From positions 120,466 to 184,465 of the IMG/VR virus record IMGVR_UViG_3300035188_001379: a DNA stretch of 64,000 bases; one strand, 5' to 3'. A program made the position numbers and the translations under genes. Origin of the DNA: a virus. This document shows positions 7,130-17,108 of the stretch, one piece after another. How positions within the stretch are numbered: the stretch's first letter is position 1; the number at the start of each line of letters is the position of its first letter. Under the pieces are notes generated by a model. It searched no databases and was not told the origin of the DNA. It saw only the letters and a list, made by a program, of their open reading frames with translations.

Positions 7130-9238
7130 ATGAACTACAACACACCTATTAGAGACGTTTCAAACCCTGTGATTAACGCAGGGCTTGAAGCTTTATTTGG
7201 CAAGAATCTTATTCCTTCAAGGCTTGAAGGAGAAGACATGATAGACGCTCTTAATAGGCGAGATCGTACACTAGCTTTTAGAGAGAGTGCTGCAAACAAT
7301 TTTGCAGATAATCCAATTGTTAGCCGCCTAGGTGAAAAAGGGTCTAAAGCCTTGGGTAAAATGGACGCACTCTCCGGGGGCAAGCTCAGCGGTTTCTTGA
7401 GTCCTATGCTTGGCGGTAACACATATAAGGCTACAGAAAATGTGCATAACATGCTGCACAATCCTGCAGCTATGAGTGCTTTTGGTGGAGGAAATCACAA
7501 TTCCGAGAATATTATGAAGGCATTACACAAGAACTTCTATAAGCATGCCGAGAATGCTTCTTTAGCGGGTAGCTATATTAATCAGAACATAGGAGAGCTA
7601 CCAACCATCAAAGAACCGGAGAGTATTTCTTTTACACCTGTAGACAATGGTAAGAAAGTAGGGATGGGCTCAGGCTCTAGCACTTTTGCTGGAAAAACAC
7701 CAGTACAACATGCTGAGCACTATCCTAGTCGCAGTGCAGATAAAGCTATCCCAAGAAAGTCTGGTAAAGCCACAATCTCAAAAATACCTATGGGACGTAT
7801 GCCTGCAGCTATGAGTAAAATGGCTCTAGATGATAAGAGTGACACACACACCTATAGAATGGAAGGTAACGTGCAAGGAGTAGGTTTGCGTAAAGCTCTA
7901 CATAAAATACTTGAGGAAAATAGACTCAATGGGCTTGCTGTGAACTATCCAGAAACAAACGAGGTATATGCTACCATACAAGGAAGGAAAAAGAGGATAG
8001 ATCAGATTCTTGATGAGCTTAAGGCCCGTCTGGCGGTGAGAGAAAAAAAGCCTCTGGCTTACGGAACAGACTATAGCATCGAGCACGCTCCAGCCATGAA
8101 GGAAAGGATGCGTAGGGTTGTATTTACTCCAAAAGATATAGAGGTGTTTGAGCAAAACAATCCTGAGCTCGATAAATTCAAAACAGTAGATCTAGAGAAT
8201 AAACTCAAATATTTTGAAGACCGCTATAGGCTACATAGAGACGCTCGAGGGAAGTTGAGAGGCAGTCTGCCCAATAAAGCCATAGACCAGTTGTTTAATG
8301 GTGCTCCTGTGTATCACAGACAGGTATTAGCGCGTAACGAGAATAACGAGAAAGCTGCGTTCTTTACAGGCTTTCTCAAAAGAGCTGCAGAACATGGCTT
8401 TAGCCGCGAGGACACTGTAAAGCTTGCTGCTACATATAAAGAAGCAGTGGCACTTTCAGGAATAGGGAAAGCTTTCGGCACAAAAATGATGCCAAAAATA
8501 TTTAACATGGCTCGCGGAGCTTTTGGCAGTCTTCGTTCACTAGGTTCTAGTGTACCTGAGGGGCCTCTACACACTGAAAGAAATGCAGCGTTAGAAGCGG
8601 GAAACAAGTTTATTGAAAACTTCAAACCTGAAGGTTTTCGTATGTACGCAGGTCGAGTAAAAACACCTGAGAGTCTTGCTGGGCATGGAGGAGGGGTTAC
8701 AAACGACTTGCTAGGTATTAGAATGAGGCCTAGCAAGGGAGGCTATACTCAGGAAAGCGCAGACAACCTTGTAAATCAATTAAGACAGGCAGGGGTAAAT
8801 GTAAGTGGGCAGAAAAAACTTGTAAGACCTGGGTATCACGGCTGGAACATAAAAGGAACATTGCCTCACGCTACTGGGGATGTACCTATCGAAGTGCAGA
8901 TGACTCCGAGAAGAATGCAGGGCATATTTGCAGCGAACCATGCGTATGTATACAAGCCAGAAACATCTGGAGTCTCTCCAGCGGTATCAAAGGGCATCTA
9001 TGACCCAGCATTAAACTATGTGACAAACGTGCTTTCACCGATGAGTAGCCCAGCCAAGAGAATAGGTTATGGTGCTGCCGGGGTAGGTGCGCTAGGTACA
9101 ATGGGCGGTGTTGGCTATAACGCTGTAAAAGGACCAAATAACGCAGCGCAAAACAATGGAGAAGCCTTCAATAGTCAGGCTATATATGATAGAGTTCAGA
9201 CTAGTCCCGCTAGCTATCTAGCTCAGCAAACAAGATAA
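7130..9238 (+). CDS. Multidomain protein: acylphosphatase-like domain, GF-KRA module, RelA/SpoT-like nucleotidyltransferase domain
   Basis: GNVQGVGLR (about 7865); AFFTGFLKRAAEHGFS (about 8357); GRVKTPESL, DLLGIR, GYHG, IEVQMT (8651-8905). Confidence 0.75.
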   Translation: MNYNTPIRDVSNPVINAGLEALFGKNLIPSRLEGEDMIDALNRRDRTLAFRESAANNFADNPIVSRLGEKGSKALGKMDALSGGKLSGFLSPMLGGNTYKATENVHNMLHNPAAMSAFGGGNHNSENIMKALHKNFYKHAENASLAGSYINQNIGELPTIKEPESISFTPVDNGKKVGMGSGSSTFAGKTPVQHAEHYPSRSADKAIPRKSGKATISKIPMGRMPAAMSKMALDDKSDTHTYRMEGNVQGVGLRKALHKILEENRLNGLAVNYPETNEVYATIQGRKKRIDQILDELKARLAVREKKPLAYGTDYSIEHAPAMKERMRRVVFTPKDIEVFEQNNPELDKFKTVDLENKLKYFEDRYRLHRDARGKLRGSLPNKAIDQLFNGAPVYHRQVLARNENNEKAAFFTGFLKRAAEHGFSREDTVKLAATYKEAVALSGIGKAFGTKMMPKIFNMARGAFGSLRSLGSSVPEGPLHTERNAALEAGNKFIENFKPEGFRMYAGRVKTPESLAGHGGGVTNDLLGIRMRPSKGGYTQESADNLVNQLRQAGVNVSGQKKLVRPGYHGWNIKGTLPHATGDVPIEVQMTPRRMQGIFAANHAYVYKPETSGVSPAVSKGIYDPALNYVTNVLSPMSSPAKRIGYGAAGVGALGTMGGVGYNAVKGPNNAAQNNGEAFNSQAIYDRVQTSPASYLAQQTR

Positions 9239-9245
9239 TTTAAGC

Positions 9246-12200
9246 ATGAATAAAATTGGAGATAACGCAGAAGCCTCAGCACAACCGTTTGCAGGTAGAA
9301 CTCAGCCGTTTGCTAATAGTGAGATATCTGCAGAAAGCGCAGCAATAAACACGAATAGGAGCATTCAGCCGGGTACAGGGGCCATAGCTGACTCTGCTCC
9401 TAGTGTTTCTTCTAGAAGTTTAAAAAAAACTCCAGGAGTTAACACTAATATCACAACTCCTCCGCCTAGAATTCCTGAAGCTCAACAAAAAGCCTCTCCT
9501 GCTGGCGCTGTGGGTGCCGCTGGAGGAGTTGTGTCTGCTTTTGGCAGACGAGGAGGTGTAATAGGTGCTGCAACTAATCTTGCTTCTGAAGATGTGCCTG
9601 GCGCTGTATCTAACGTAGCAAGAGCTGTGAGCCCAAAATTGAATGTATTTTCTAGAGCATTAGACGCAGGCAAAAAACTGATTAAAGGCAATCCTGTAGG
9701 TGCAGGACTTGAGATGGCAGGAGCTGTAGTGCCTGTTGTGCCTGATCTAATAAATACAGGAAAAGATTTCATAAATCAGATCGACGAGCAAGCAGAACAG
9801 AATAGGCAATTTAATAAGAGAAACAGAGAGGTGCGTGGAAGTCTAGAGGCGCGTAATACTGGGATAGCTGATGTGGACGGCAATATCTTTGTGAACACCA
9901 ATGACGCTGTGCTTCTAGATAAATTAGGCTTTGAGGTTGCAGATTACGATCTGCTGGAGAAGACGAGCGAGGTGCTAGACCTATACTCGTATATCGAGAA
10001 AGTGGCAGAAGTTCCTAGAGAAGTAGCTAAGCTCATAGACGAAGGCAAAGCGTTCAGTGCTGAGTATCTTAAGGAAATGGAGTATAACGTACCAAAAGGC
10101 TACGAAGTAAAAGGTGACCTATGTTGTCCTTCTGAGAAGACTGAAAAGGAGAAAAAGCGTCTCTCTGAGAAGACTGCTTCAATTCAAAAACAAGCTGTAA
10201 ACTTTGGGCAGATAGCAAAGGCTATAGGTGCAGGTGTAAACAAAATTGCTCCAACTGTGGCAAATGCAGTGCACAGTGCTGCTCCTGCTGCTGCAAAACA
10301 AAAAGCAATTGTTAAGCAATTTCAAGACCCATCTAAAATAGGATTTAAAAGCGTATATCCTACCGAGCCAGTTATGCCTGCAGGCACAAATCCAAAAAAG
10401 TGGAGAGCAGATGTAGCTGAGGGGATGCAGCAACACCAAACTCTAAGCAGAATAAGACAAGACTCTTCTGGACACCAAGCCGCTTTTAGTTTCAATGCTC
10501 CGAATTCGTCGGGGGTAGATGAATTGCATAATGTCTGGGTGCATCCTGAAATGATACATACAAATCAGCAAGGTAAAGGGCTTGCAGCTCATGACAGACA
10601 GCTTGTCAATGCACTCATTGAGAACACTCAAACGGGGCAGAAATGGGCACAGCCAATGTACAGGTCTACCGGCACGAATAGTGAGCATACAGTAGGACAG
10701 TGGCTACCAACCAGAGGATTTGGTGCACCTAGTGAAGACTGGGTTAACGCAGTAAAAACAAAAATAAATCCAGAATTTGAAATGCCTCAACCGGTACCTG
10801 GAGTTTTACCGCAATTTGTAGGACCCAGCAATCAAGGGCCAGGAGGATTAAAAGGGCCAGGTTGGCTTGGTAAATATCAATTTAATCCTAGCACACAACA
10901 GTGGATGGTGCATGACAAAACAGACGCAGGAGTTAACGCTCTTATGCCTGTATATCAAAGATTGCGTGAAGCAATGGGAGAGTATATGGGAAATATTGGG
11001 CTAGCTAAGCAAGGATCTGAGAAGTCTGCTTCTGAAAGTAAGCCTGGGCTATGGGCAAATATTCATGCAAAGAGAAAGCGTGGAGAGAAAGCTGCTAAAC
11101 CTGGAGATGAGGATTACCCAGATAAGAAGCAATGGGATAAATTGAGTAAAAAAGGAGAAGCCGATCCAGAACAGTCTATATTGATCTCAGGTCACAGTGG
11201 TGCAGGAAAGAGTACGCTCGCGAAAGAACTATCTAAATTACTAGATATGAATCTACGTAGGGTAGATGCACACAAAGGATTTAGTGACTATGTTAAAAAA
11301 GACCACGAACACTGGGAAAAGTCATTGTCTGCTGGAACAAAAGAGTACGAGAGGTTTAATAAAATTATAAATAACGCTAATAGACACGTGCTGAGAAATG
11401 CTCCAGAGGCTTCAATTATCGAAGGCACTCAACTAGGTCATCTTTCTCCAGAAGAACTCAGCAAGTTCAAGGCACACATTCTGGTAGGAGGTACTCCAGA
11501 ACAGTCTATAATGCAAAGAATAGCTAGAAGCGCAAAAAAGAAAGGTGTCGAGTTCTCTCCAGAAGAAATTGAAGCTAGGAGAATAAAGGCAAAGAAAGTG
11601 GTAGACTTCTGGGAGCCTGGTATTGAAAAGTTCAGAAAGCTGCCAGGGACGCTGCAATATAATCACACAGAGCATGAGGTGGAGCCTTTGGTAGAACAAC
11701 TGCGTGCACTAATGAGCAAGCAGGCAGCATCTGCAGCATGGCAGCGCAGTGAAGGCAAGAATCCTGAAGGTGGATTAAACGCTAAGGGCAGGGCTAGCTA
11801 TAAGAAGCAAACAGGAGGCACCCTCAAAGCTCCAGTAACAGAGAGTAACCCGTCTGGTGAAAGGGCTAAGCGTCAGAATAGCTTCTGTAGTCGCATGTGT
11901 GGAATGAAGAGTAAGAACACGGGCAGCAAGGCTCAGAGCGATCCAGATAGCCGCATCAACAAATCGTTACGTAAGTGGAACTGTAAGTGTGGCGAAGATC
12001 ACAGTTCATTGTTCGAGAAAATAGCCTGTAACTTTAAAGAAGCTAAGAGTAGGTGCTGGGAAGGCTATGAGCCTGTTCCTGGTAAAGATCCTTATAGTGA
12101 AGACAGTTGCAGACCTAAGGGCAAAAAGAAAAAGATAGAAAAGAATGCCTCTACCGCTTGGAAAAAGAGACTTCGCACAGGTAAGCTGAGCGTCGATGGA

Positions 12201-13172
12201 GTTAACGCGATACTGCGAAGTAGTGGGCTGAGTTCAACTATGTCGCCTGAAAGTTGGCACAAGAGTCTTTCCGATCCTAGGTATTCTAAGGGAATACTGT
12301 ATGGGCATAGAGAGAGAGGAAAATCGGAAAATGTATTTAATCGTAAATATACCGTGCAACCTTTTAGTGAACAAGAACATTTGGATCGTCTTGCGCGAAC
12401 CAACTTAGGCTCTCTAGCTAGGGAGGCGGCATGGAGGCATCCGGATAGTATATATCCCTACTATAAAGCTCATATGATGGATACTCGTGCAGGACAGGAT
12501 GCTCAAGCAGTAAAAGAAACAATTAATGAACTATCGTATGATTCTAAGCAAAAGCGTTATATGCGAATTCTTCAAAAAATGTACGATAAAAGAGAGAAAA
12601 TGCCCACTAGCCGTAAAAAATTTTTAAGCGATTCTTCTGACTACCCTAGAGAAAACTGGCGCGGCATGTCTCTACAGCAAGCAAACGACTTGCTCGACAG
12701 TGCTGGGCAAACTGGGAATCATGGTCCGCAGGCAGTTCCAGACTTAAATACGATTGCTGGTCCTGTGGGTGTAGGGCAGCCAATCACCAGGCATGAGATT
12801 TCTCATCTAGTGGATCGTAATATGCCACAAGCTCAACGGCTAGCTGTTTTGAAAGAACTGCACCAAACACTTAAAAGAAATCCTGAAGTTATGCGAGGTA
12901 TACTTAGATATAAAGATCCGACCAAGGCTATATCTGAGTCTTTTGCGCAATTGATAGGTAGCAGAGGCAATTCAAATTCAGCGAAAAGGTTTATTGACTC
13001 ATATGTTGACGCTGCAAAAAATTCAAAAATATGGGATATGCAGCAAATACTTCCTAAATTACTTGAACGTGATCCTTCTGGGCGAGACGCTGCCGTTGTT
13101 TCTCAGTTGATAAGAAGATACGGCCTTAGGTTACCTGATTACGCGCGACACCAAGGCGCTCTACCTCTATGA
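9246..13172 (+). CDS. 1308-aa modular protein: micro-domains, P-loop NMP-kinase-like domain, DUF6321-like domain, C-terminal HExxH zincin-like domain
   Basis: GLWANIHAKRKRG; ISGHSGAGKST; AWQRSEGKNPEGGLNAKGR...SFCSRM...INKSLRKWNC; RCWEGYEPVPGK; RHEISH...SESFA. Confidence 0.75.
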   Translation: MNKIGDNAEASAQPFAGRTQPFANSEISAESAAINTNRSIQPGTGAIADSAPSVSSRSLKKTPGVNTNITTPPPRIPEAQQKASPAGAVGAAGGVVSAFGRRGGVIGAATNLASEDVPGAVSNVARAVSPKLNVFSRALDAGKKLIKGNPVGAGLEMAGAVVPVVPDLINTGKDFINQIDEQAEQNRQFNKRNREVRGSLEARNTGIADVDGNIFVNTNDAVLLDKLGFEVADYDLLEKTSEVLDLYSYIEKVAEVPREVAKLIDEGKAFSAEYLKEMEYNVPKGYEVKGDLCCPSEKTEKEKKRLSEKTASIQKQAVNFGQIAKAIGAGVNKIAPTVANAVHSAAPAAAKQKAIVKQFQDPSKIGFKSVYPTEPVMPAGTNPKKWRADVAEGMQQHQTLSRIRQDSSGHQAAFSFNAPNSSGVDELHNVWVHPEMIHTNQQGKGLAAHDRQLVNALIENTQTGQKWAQPMYRSTGTNSEHTVGQWLPTRGFGAPSEDWVNAVKTKINPEFEMPQPVPGVLPQFVGPSNQGPGGLKGPGWLGKYQFNPSTQQWMVHDKTDAGVNALMPVYQRLREAMGEYMGNIGLAKQGSEKSASESKPGLWANIHAKRKRGEKAAKPGDEDYPDKKQWDKLSKKGEADPEQSILISGHSGAGKSTLAKELSKLLDMNLRRVDAHKGFSDYVKKDHEHWEKSLSAGTKEYERFNKIINNANRHVLRNAPEASIIEGTQLGHLSPEELSKFKAHILVGGTPEQSIMQRIARSAKKKGVEFSPEEIEARRIKAKKVVDFWEPGIEKFRKLPGTLQYNHTEHEVEPLVEQLRALMSKQAASAAWQRSEGKNPEGGLNAKGRASYKKQTGGTLKAPVTESNPSGERAKRQNSFCSRMCGMKSKNTGSKAQSDPDSRINKSLRKWNCKCGEDHSSLFEKIACNFKEAKSRCWEGYEPVPGKDPYSEDSCRPKGKKKKIEKNASTAWKKRLRTGKLSVDGVNAILRSSGLSSTMSPESWHKSLSDPRYSKGILYGHRERGKSENVFNRKYTVQPFSEQEHLDRLARTNLGSLAREAAWRHPDSIYPYYKAHMMDTRAGQDAQAVKETINELSYDSKQKRYMRILQKMYDKREKMPTSRKKFLSDSSDYPRENWRGMSLQQANDLLDSAGQTGNHGPQAVPDLNTIAGPVGVGQPITRHEISHLVDRNMPQAQRLAVLKELHQTLKRNPEVMRGILRYKDPTKAISESFAQLIGSRGNSNSAKRFIDSYVDAAKNSKIWDMQQILPKLLERDPSGRDAAVVSQLIRRYGLRLPDYARHQGALPL

Positions 13173-13528
13173 ATCAAGGAGATCTAAGCGGACTGAAACA
13201 GTATGGGATAGATGTAGGCCTTTTAATCAGCGGGCTGTTTGGGGCTATCCTTTTAACTAGCAAGGGAAGCGCTATGAATCTTACTCGTACTGTGAGCAGC
13301 CTTGTAGGAGGAGCAGCTAGTGCAAACTATATTACACCTATCGTTGTTAATATGGCCAAGCTAGACGATACACACTACCATTATGGTATAGCATTTCTAT
13401 TGGGTTTTCTTGGATTAAAAGGTATAGAATATTTTAGCAGCAAGCTAATTCCTGAAGTTGCTCACGAACCAGAGCCTGTGCGCGCTAGACCAAGAAAAAG
13501 AAAACCCGCAACAAGAAGAAGAAAATGA
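13169..13528 (+). CDS. Holin-like membrane protein
   Basis: Three hydrophobic segments and a strongly basic C-terminal tail. Confidence 0.55.
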   Translation: MNQGDLSGLKQYGIDVGLLISGLFGAILLTSKGSAMNLTRTVSSLVGGAASANYITPIVVNMAKLDDTHYHYGIAFLLGFLGLKGIEYFSSKLIPEVAHEPEPVRARPRKRKPATRRRK

Positions 13529-13896
13529 CTACACCAGCAGTAATCAATGCAGTTGCAAATTGCACTACCGCTTTCTCAGCTCTAGCGCTACTTATTCATA
13601 TTTTTGGAGACCCTGACAACAGTGTATGGGACAACAATATCAAAGCATGGTTAGCCAAGTCAGGCTTATCCGTAGTTGTCTGTGGAGCTATAGCGAATGT
13701 GCTCACCCTAAGCTCTCCAGCAACATCAGAGATAGTACTCAACTGCGGCATGAGTCTTACATTTTTCTGGCTTAGTTGGTGGCAGTGGGAGATGTTTAAA
13801 GAGATGCAGCGAGAGAGCGAGCGTAAAAGAATTGCTAGAAATAAAAGAAATACAGTTAAAAAACAAACAAAGCGTAAACCAGCAAAAACAGTATGA
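13525..13896 (+). CDS. Membrane protein (second holin-like gene)
   Basis: Three hydrophobic segments, basic tail, ATGA-coupled to both neighbours. Confidence 0.55.
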   Translation: MTTPAVINAVANCTTAFSALALLIHIFGDPDNSVWDNNIKAWLAKSGLSVVVCGAIANVLTLSSPATSEIVLNCGMSLTFFWLSWWQWEMFKEMQRESERKRIARNKRNTVKKQTKRKPAKTV

Positions 13897-14927
13897 ATCT
13901 AGAAGATTTTAAAAACGGATGTAACAAGCAAAAAGAAGACTCTAGAGACAGAGTCTATAAGCCAAAGATCGTTCATTGGACGCATCTCAATGATATAGAT
14001 CTTCGGAAAGATTGCAGCGCACCTAGAGCTCAAGGAAACATTGGTTCGTGTACTGCTTTTGCTGCCACAAGCATGTTTGATTTTGTGAGAAGGAAAAACA
14101 GCATGGTGAGCTGGCAGCCTAGTCCTCTTTTCACATACTACGCCACACGAAAAGCAGTAGATCCTGTACTAACAGATTCTGGAGCAACTGTACGAGACGC
14201 TCTTAAAAGTGCCGCAAGAGATGGAGTAAGTATGGAGCGGGTATGGCCATATATCGTTGAGAAGTATAACGAGCATCCGCCAGAAGAGGCGTGGAATATT
14301 GCAGAAAAGCATCAGGCTCTCGAGTATCTAAAGCTCAATGACTTTGATAAGAGCGAATGGCTTAACTGTCTCCATGAGGGATATCCTTTTATATTTGGAT
14401 TAAACCTATATGCGTCTTTCTTTGATCCTTTCATGCAGCTTCTTGGAGGATTCATGCTAGATCCTGATAGAGAAAATGAAAAGCTTGTGGGCGCACACTG
14501 CATGATGGCTGTTGGTTATATTAAGAACTACAATAATAAAGAGTATCTCATAGTTCAGAACAGCTGGGGCACTGGTTGGGGAGACGGTGGTTATTGCTAT
14601 ATTCCACTAAGCTATATCATGACTAACGATAGCTTTGATTTCTGGACAATTAGACTTACAGAAACTAGCGACGAGTACGCTAGCGATCCTATCGAAGAGC
14701 CTAAGCCAGAACCAAAGCCTGAGCCAGTTCCTGAGCCTGCGGTAGAACCTCCTGCTCCTGAACCTGAACCTATAGTAGAACCTCCCTCTCCTGTTGTAGA
14801 GCCTGTTGTAGAGCCTGTCGCACCGGCCCCGGCGGTAGAAGTAGTGGAAGCTAAGCGCAAAAACCTACCATTCTATATAGTAATGGCTATAGGTGTGCTA
14901 CTCTTACTTGTTTTTATTTTTGGATAA
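13893..14927 (+). CDS. Papain-family (C1A) cysteine peptidase with Pro/Glu linker and C-terminal membrane anchor
   Basis: QGNIGSCTAFA (Cys), GAHCMMAVGY (His), QNSWG (Asn); PEP-rich linker; FYIVMAIGVLLLLVFIFG tail. Confidence 0.9.
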   Translation: MNLEDFKNGCNKQKEDSRDRVYKPKIVHWTHLNDIDLRKDCSAPRAQGNIGSCTAFAATSMFDFVRRKNSMVSWQPSPLFTYYATRKAVDPVLTDSGATVRDALKSAARDGVSMERVWPYIVEKYNEHPPEEAWNIAEKHQALEYLKLNDFDKSEWLNCLHEGYPFIFGLNLYASFFDPFMQLLGGFMLDPDRENEKLVGAHCMMAVGYIKNYNNKEYLIVQNSWGTGWGDGGYCYIPLSYIMTNDSFDFWTIRLTETSDEYASDPIEEPKPEPKPEPVPEPAVEPPAPEPEPIVEPPSPVVEPVVEPVAPAPAVEVVEAKRKNLPFYIVMAIGVLLLLVFIFG

Positions 14928-14931
14928 ATCT

Positions 14932-15930
14932 ATGCTAAAGCTTGCTAAATATATTGAAAAAACTGGGATGAATCTCAGTTACATGAAGAATGCGCTTAGA
15001 GCTGCTCGCGCTGCGGGTGTACCTATTCTTCGAAGTGAGGATGCACTAAAGTCTCATATAGCCCAAAACGTGACACCCTCTTTTTTAAAGAAAATCCCTT
15101 TCATTGGAGAACGGATGCACGACGCTACAACTAACCTTGGAACTAATGCGTTAACCTTGAAAGGGCCTGTAGCTGTGCCTGGCCATAATTTTGTATACAT
15201 GCCAAGAAGTTTTACAAACGGAGCAGGACAAAATTATTCTCCTAGAGCGACATTGTTACATGAGTTAGGCCATATACAACACATGCAAGAAGATCCAAAG
15301 TCTTTTGGAACAATGGGTCAGTTAAATCGTGTTTTTAGTTCACCCGTAAATGCTAGAAGTAGAATGAATCTAACTGAAACTATAGCGAACAACAACGCAA
15401 TTATGGATATGCGTGCAGCTAATGTTCCTGAGCATTTAATAGATACATATAAAACTAGGGTGCAGTCTCCTTTTCATAATAGTTATGGGCTAAACCTAGA
15501 AAATATTGGAAATAGCCCTACTGGGAATATGAATTTACCTAGAAGAATTTTGCACGGTGCAACACAAAGACTTTCAGATATGGGAAAAAATATTGCAGGA
15601 ATTGGAAAAAGTTTTTGGCAAAGCTTTAAAAAACCCAAGCAACTAGATGCAAATTTTTCTGGAACGGTACCAAATACCCAGGCAAGCCTGCCTGGACCTT
15701 TAAGACCGTACAAACCATCAGCCGACTTCATGAGCAAATTTAACGCCTCTTTAGGCAAAGCTAACAATGCGGCAATTTCTCCTGTCATGGAGCGCCCTGC
15801 GCATATCCCTGCGCGACAAGCCGAAGTTCGAAGATTTTCAAGTAAAGCAACAGGTTTTGCTCCACTAAAAAAGATCCCAGTTTACACACATCCGGCTGCA
15901 CAAGAATTTAACGTACCTTATTCAGTATAA
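14932..15930 (+). CDS. HExxH zincin-like protein with YIEKTG leader
   Basis: LLHELGH followed by ETIAN. ATG at 14932 preferred over the track start, which overlaps the peptidase. Confidence 0.6.
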   Translation: MLKLAKYIEKTGMNLSYMKNALRAARAAGVPILRSEDALKSHIAQNVTPSFLKKIPFIGERMHDATTNLGTNALTLKGPVAVPGHNFVYMPRSFTNGAGQNYSPRATLLHELGHIQHMQEDPKSFGTMGQLNRVFSSPVNARSRMNLTETIANNNAIMDMRAANVPEHLIDTYKTRVQSPFHNSYGLNLENIGNSPTGNMNLPRRILHGATQRLSDMGKNIAGIGKSFWQSFKKPKQLDANFSGTVPNTQASLPGPLRPYKPSADFMSKFNASLGKANNAAISPVMERPAHIPARQAEVRRFSSKATGFAPLKKIPVYTHPAAQEFNVPYSV

Positions 15931-15975
15931 AATAAATCTTTATCTGGAGCAAAGCAATTGCTAGAATTACAAAAT

Positions 15976-17103
15976 ATGAGCGCAGATCAAATACACATGC
16001 TAGGCTTTATTAAAAGAGCTTCTCAATACGGTTATTCAGAAAGAGAAATTGAATACCTTTTGAAGCAGGCTTACGGACTTCCTTCAAATTTCGTACCGAA
16101 TACTCCAGGTAGCTTAGCCGCCCCTATAGCTACTTCTGTTACAGGAGGAAAAGTTCCAGAGTCGCTAAAACCTGAGTATCAAAGCAACTCTCAAGCAGGA
16201 ATGATGAGCGGTTCAAATTTTTATTCTTCTCCTCAACCGGCACAGTCGGCAGCTGCAGCTCCTGCAGCAAATCCAACACCAGCGCCTGCTCCAGTTCAAG
16301 CAGGTCCTAGCGATGCGCAGCTAGCAAAAATTATGGGCAGCTACAATCCCAAGTCGAAGCTAGACCAAACAAAAGCTACAAGAATTCGAGAGTTATATGG
16401 GCAGGGTACAACTTCACCCAGCGCCATATATGCCGATAAAGCTTATAGTGGAATAACGCCTAAATCTATTAGAGCAGGAGGAGCACCGCAACCTATTTCA
16501 ATACCAACAAAAACAGCCAGCATGAATACACAACAACACTCATACATCTACGGATTCGTAAAAAGAGCCATGCAATATGGTTTTAGCGAGCAGCAAGCAT
16601 TGAACATTTTCAAGAACGCTGCTGAACTTAAGGGCGACCAGCATAAGCTCGACGTCGATAAAGACGGTAAGATCGAGGCTTCTGACCTTAGGAAGTTGAG
16701 ACAGCGCAAGCAGGCTGCGTTCATGAAGCAGTCTGACCTTGGTGATGCGATGATGGCCGGCGCTAATTATATTCAAGATAAGGTAGTAAATCCTGTTTCT
16801 ACGTTTGCGCAAGAGAAGATTGTGGCCCCTGTAAAGCAGTATATGAGCAGACCAGACCCTTTTGACCCAGCTAACAGAGCTCAGTTTGATAAAGGAGCCA
16901 AAGGAAGTTATATTAGAGAAAGAGCTCTAGCTGATAAGGCTAATAGTGCAGCTGCAGGAGACGTTGGTACTTTCGCAGGAGGAACTGGTACTTTAACTGG
17001 AGGTACAGTAAATGCAGGTACAGTAAATGCAGCTCCAGTCGCTAGACCTGCGGTACGCGCTCCTGGTGTAACTGCCGTTAAACCTGTTGTAGCTAGACCA
17101 TAA
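15976..17103 (+). CDS. Modular low-complexity protein with two GF-KRA modules and an EF-hand-like motif
   Basis: HMLGFIKRASQYGYS; SYIYGFVKRAMQYGFS; LDVDKDGKIEASDL. Confidence 0.7.
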   Translation: MSADQIHMLGFIKRASQYGYSEREIEYLLKQAYGLPSNFVPNTPGSLAAPIATSVTGGKVPESLKPEYQSNSQAGMMSGSNFYSSPQPAQSAAAAPAANPTPAPAPVQAGPSDAQLAKIMGSYNPKSKLDQTKATRIRELYGQGTTSPSAIYADKAYSGITPKSIRAGGAPQPISIPTKTASMNTQQHSYIYGFVKRAMQYGFSEQQALNIFKNAAELKGDQHKLDVDKDGKIEASDLRKLRQRKQAAFMKQSDLGDAMMAGANYIQDKVVNPVSTFAQEKIVAPVKQYMSRPDPFDPANRAQFDKGAKGSYIRERALADKANSAAAGDVGTFAGGTGTLTGGTVNAGTVNAAPVARPAVRAPGVTAVKPVVARP

Positions 17104-17108
17104 ATAAT

